Of a stretch of 8,857 nt of DNA, positions 6,975 through 8,857 are shown piece by piece. The stretch lies in IMG/VR virus record IMGVR_UViG_2541047595_000014; one strand, written 5' to 3'. The stretch comes from a virus (taxonomy: Duplodnaviria > Heunggongvirae > Uroviricota > Caudoviricetes). A program made the translations under genes and the position numbers. The notes below the pieces were generated by a model. That model saw only the letters and a list, made by a program, of their open reading frames with translations. It ran no database searches and was not told the origin of the DNA. Within the stretch, counting starts at the first letter, position 1. The number at the start of each line of letters is the position of its first letter.

Positions 6975-7012
6975 AATAAAACGCACCCCAGCAGCCAGTG
7001 CTACTGGGGGCG
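6975..7012 (-). terminator. Candidate rho-independent terminator downstream of trkG
   Basis: Minus-strand RNA: CGC-CCCCAGUAG, loop CACUGG, CUGCUGGGG-(U)-GCG, followed directly by UUUUAUU. That is a 9-bp core stem with one G-U wobble, extendable to 12 bp with a single bulge. It lies between the trkG stop (7096) and the ParB-like gene's ribosome-binding site. Confidence 0.45.
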
Positions 7013-7095
7013 GAGGTGTTGCTGGTAAAGTTAGGTATTGGATCAATGAGTGAGTCAACATAATATTAAACTCACAATTATAAATCAGCCATATA

Positions 7096-8553
7096 TTAGG
7101 AGCGCCAAAAAAAACCTGAAAACAATATAATAACAGGATAAATTTCAAGGCGACCAAGAATCATAGCTATGCACATTAAATATTTTGCAATGTCATTAAG
7201 CACTCCGAATGACGATGCAGTAGCCCCAAAACCTAATCCCATATTATTAATACATGCAGCCACTGTTGCAAATGATGTAAGAAAATCATATCCCATACCA
7301 TTTAACACCAGTATAAAAAACACCGTGAAGAGAGTATAAAGAAAAAAGAAACTCCATACAGACCTCATTACACGATCTGTAACTATCTTCCCTCCTACAT
7401 TTACACTTAACAACGCTCTGGGATGAGAAAGTTGATTTATCTCGTGTTTGCTTTGTTTGAAAAGTATAAGAAATCGAAGTGACTTAATTCCACCACAGGT
7501 TGAACCGATACATCCCCCAAAGAAACTTGACAACAGCAAAAACACTATCGTGTGCGTGGGCCAGTTTGCATAATCCTGCGTAGCTAAACCATTATCAGTG
7601 AGCATGGAGCTGGCAAGAAAAAACGAATGAATAAAACTTCCATGCAAGTCATACATACCTATATGCCAGACCTGGAAAGAGGTAACAATGATCACCCCTA
7701 AGGCTATTAACAGAAAGAAACGAAGTTCAATATCTCTGATTAAAGGTTTTATCGTTTTTCTGCTAATAACAATATACCAAAGAGTGAAGTTGAAAGCCGA
7801 TAGCAGGGAAAAAGAACCAGCCACCAGCTCAACCAAATAGTTATTAAAATATCCGATACTCTCGCTATGAGTTGAGAAACCACCAAGCGAAACTGTGGAA
7901 ATCCCGTGACAAATAGCATCAAACAAAGACATTCCTGCAAGTCTATAACAGACAATACAAGCAATACCTAATAAAGAATAAGTTATCCACAGTGTCCGTG
8001 ACGTATCGGCCAGGCGGGGAGTGAGTTTGTCATCCTTAAATGGCCCCGGCATTTCTGACTGATAAAGCTTTGCACCACCAATACCCAATAATGGCAATAC
8101 AGCAACCGCCAGAACAATAACTCCTAAACCACCTATAAAATTTAACTGTGACCGATAGTACAAATATGCCCGAGGTAATGAACTAACATCATCAATTACA
8201 GTTGCTCCTGTTGTTGTTATTCCAGAAACCCCTTCAAATAGAGCATCAATGAACGTTAAATTAAGTTCTGAGTCAATCCATAAAGGGAATGCACTAATAA
8301 CAGAAAACAAAATCCAAAACATTACAATTATAATAAACCCATCACGGGTACGTAATTGAATGCCAGATTTCTTAGTTGTATACCACGCTCCGCCACCAAT
8401 GCAAAAAAATATAACGAAAGTTATAAAGAAAACGAACAGGCTTTTTTCTTTATAAAACAATGCTACAACCATTGGTGGCAACATTGAAAGACTATAGAGC
8501 CAAACCAGGAACCCACACATATGAGTAACAACTCTTACATGAGATGTATTCAT
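7096..8553 (-). CDS. trkG: Potassium uptake protein TrkG (TrkH/KtrB-family K+ transporter)
   Basis: Translation begins MNTSHVRVVTHMCGFLVWLYSLSMLPPMVVALFY..., which I recognise as E. coli TrkG, the Rac-prophage paralogue of TrkH. It is a multi-pass membrane protein with repeated glycine-containing pore-loop-like segments (TTTGATV, SLGGFST, NNMGLGFG). The ORF track's upstream start at 8571 is a TTG; the ATG at 8553 gives 485 aa, the TrkG length as I recall it. The region is visibly AT-rich relative to the flanking phage genes. Confidence 0.95.
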   Translation of the reverse strand: MNTSHVRVVTHMCGFLVWLYSLSMLPPMVVALFYKEKSLFVFFITFVIFFCIGGGAWYTTKKSGIQLRTRDGFIIIVMFWILFSVISAFPLWIDSELNLTFIDALFEGVSGITTTGATVIDDVSSLPRAYLYYRSQLNFIGGLGVIVLAVAVLPLLGIGGAKLYQSEMPGPFKDDKLTPRLADTSRTLWITYSLLGIACIVCYRLAGMSLFDAICHGISTVSLGGFSTHSESIGYFNNYLVELVAGSFSLLSAFNFTLWYIVISRKTIKPLIRDIELRFFLLIALGVIIVTSFQVWHIGMYDLHGSFIHSFFLASSMLTDNGLATQDYANWPTHTIVFLLLSSFFGGCIGSTCGGIKSLRFLILFKQSKHEINQLSHPRALLSVNVGGKIVTDRVMRSVWSFFFLYTLFTVFFILVLNGMGYDFLTSFATVAACINNMGLGFGATASSFGVLNDIAKYLMCIAMILGRLEIYPVIILFSGFFWRS

Positions 8554-8570
8554 ATCTAAATATTCTTTCA

Positions 8571-8604
8571 ATTATAACCACCTTGCTGCAATATTATGAT
8601 TATA
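8571..8604 (-). promoter_or_regulatory. Candidate promoter region for trkG (two perfect TATAAT hexamers on the minus strand)
   Basis: Minus-strand TATAAT at 8599-8604 and again at 8571-8576, in an AT-rich leader upstream of the trkG ATG. No convincing -35 (TTGACA-like) hexamer found at 16-18 bp spacing, so this is a weak call. Confidence 0.25.
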
Positions 8605-8690
8605 CTGTATAAAATTTAACTCCTCTTAGATCTTACTTCACTGTTCCTTATGAAACAATCATCAAAATGAATCATATTGTAGTTAAGATT

Positions 8691-8857
8691 TTACTTTAAA
8701 CACTGCTCGGTTATGTATTGCTGAGCACCTTCAAGTTGGGCCTGCATCATTACCAGTCGTTCCCGGAGGGTGAAATAATCCCGTTCAGCGGTGTCTGCCA
8801 GTCGGGGGGAGGCTGCATTATCCACGCCGGAGGCGGTGGTGGCTTCACGCACTGACT
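8691..8857 (-). CDS. rzpR: Spanin inner-membrane subunit Rz (i-spanin), 3' portion; gene runs off the right edge
   Basis: Minus-strand frame ending at the TAA stop at 8691-8693 translates ...SVREATTASGVDNAASPRLADTAERDYFTLRERLVMMQAQLEGAQQYITEQCLK, closely matching the lambda Rz C-terminus as I recall it. The start lies beyond the window, so it is absent from the ORF track. Symbol follows Rac-prophage naming and is an inference from the trkG neighbourhood. Confidence 0.85.
   Translation of the reverse strand, partial: SVREATTASGVDNAASPRLADTAERDYFTLRERLVMMQAQLEGAQQYITEQCLK
8750..8857 (-). CDS. rzoR: Spanin outer-membrane lipoprotein subunit Rz1 (o-spanin), 3' portion, embedded in the +1 frame of Rz
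   Basis: Frame ending at the TAA stop at 8750-8752 translates ...SQCVKPPPPPAWIMQPPPDWQTPLNGIISPSGNDW, the proline-rich Rz1 signature. It is nested entirely within Rz in a different frame, as in lambda. Start lies beyond the window. Confidence 0.85.
   Translation of the reverse strand, partial: SQCVKPPPPPAWIMQPPPDWQTPLNGIISPSGNDW

Noticed and set aside
6876-7157. Minus-strand 93-aa ORF spanning the trkG stop and the ParB-like start
   Set aside because: It runs through the intergenic terminator hairpin and overlaps two well-supported genes; its proline run is the translation of the GC-rich stem.
7749-7964. Minus-strand 71-aa ORF
   Set aside because: Alternative frame nested inside trkG.
8554-8571. 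Upstream TTG start for trkG giving 491 aa
   Set aside because: The codon at 8569-8571 is TTG, not ATG. The ATG at 8553 gives the 485-aa length I recall for TrkG and begins with the recognised MNTSHV N-terminus.
1-8857. CRISPR array, tRNA/rRNA genes, insertion sequences, integrase or att sites
   Set aside because: No regularly spaced repeats, tRNA-like cloverleaf segments, terminal inverted repeats or transposase/integrase ORFs were found by inspection. The only repeats are the short 9-mer at the left end and the coding low-complexity tract in terS.

Overview
The window reads as the late region of a lambdoid, Rac-like prophage from an E. coli-type enterobacterium, with every supported gene on the minus strand (transcription right to left). 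From the right edge: the 3' ends of the overlapping spanin genes Rz/Rz1 (recognised by eye against lambda Rz/Rz1); an AT-rich cargo gene for the TrkH-family potassium transporter TrkG, with its own candidate promoter and terminator; a ParB-like nuclease-domain gene; a gene whose N-terminal ~105 residues carry the motif pattern of a GT-A (GT2-like) glycosyltransferase; a small 83-aa ORF; terminase small subunit (unusually long, with Lys-rich repeat linker and Cys4 motif); terminase large subunit (Walker A); portal; and a Mu F / SPP1 gp7-type head morphogenesis protein, followed by a hairpin terminator. No tRNA, rRNA, CRISPR array or IS element was seen. The most interesting part is the ParB-like / GT-A-like pair wedged between the trkG moron and the packaging operon, a candidate DNA-modification, anti-restriction or defence module whose function cannot be settled from sequence alone. 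All calls rest on reading the translations and motifs directly; no database search was run.
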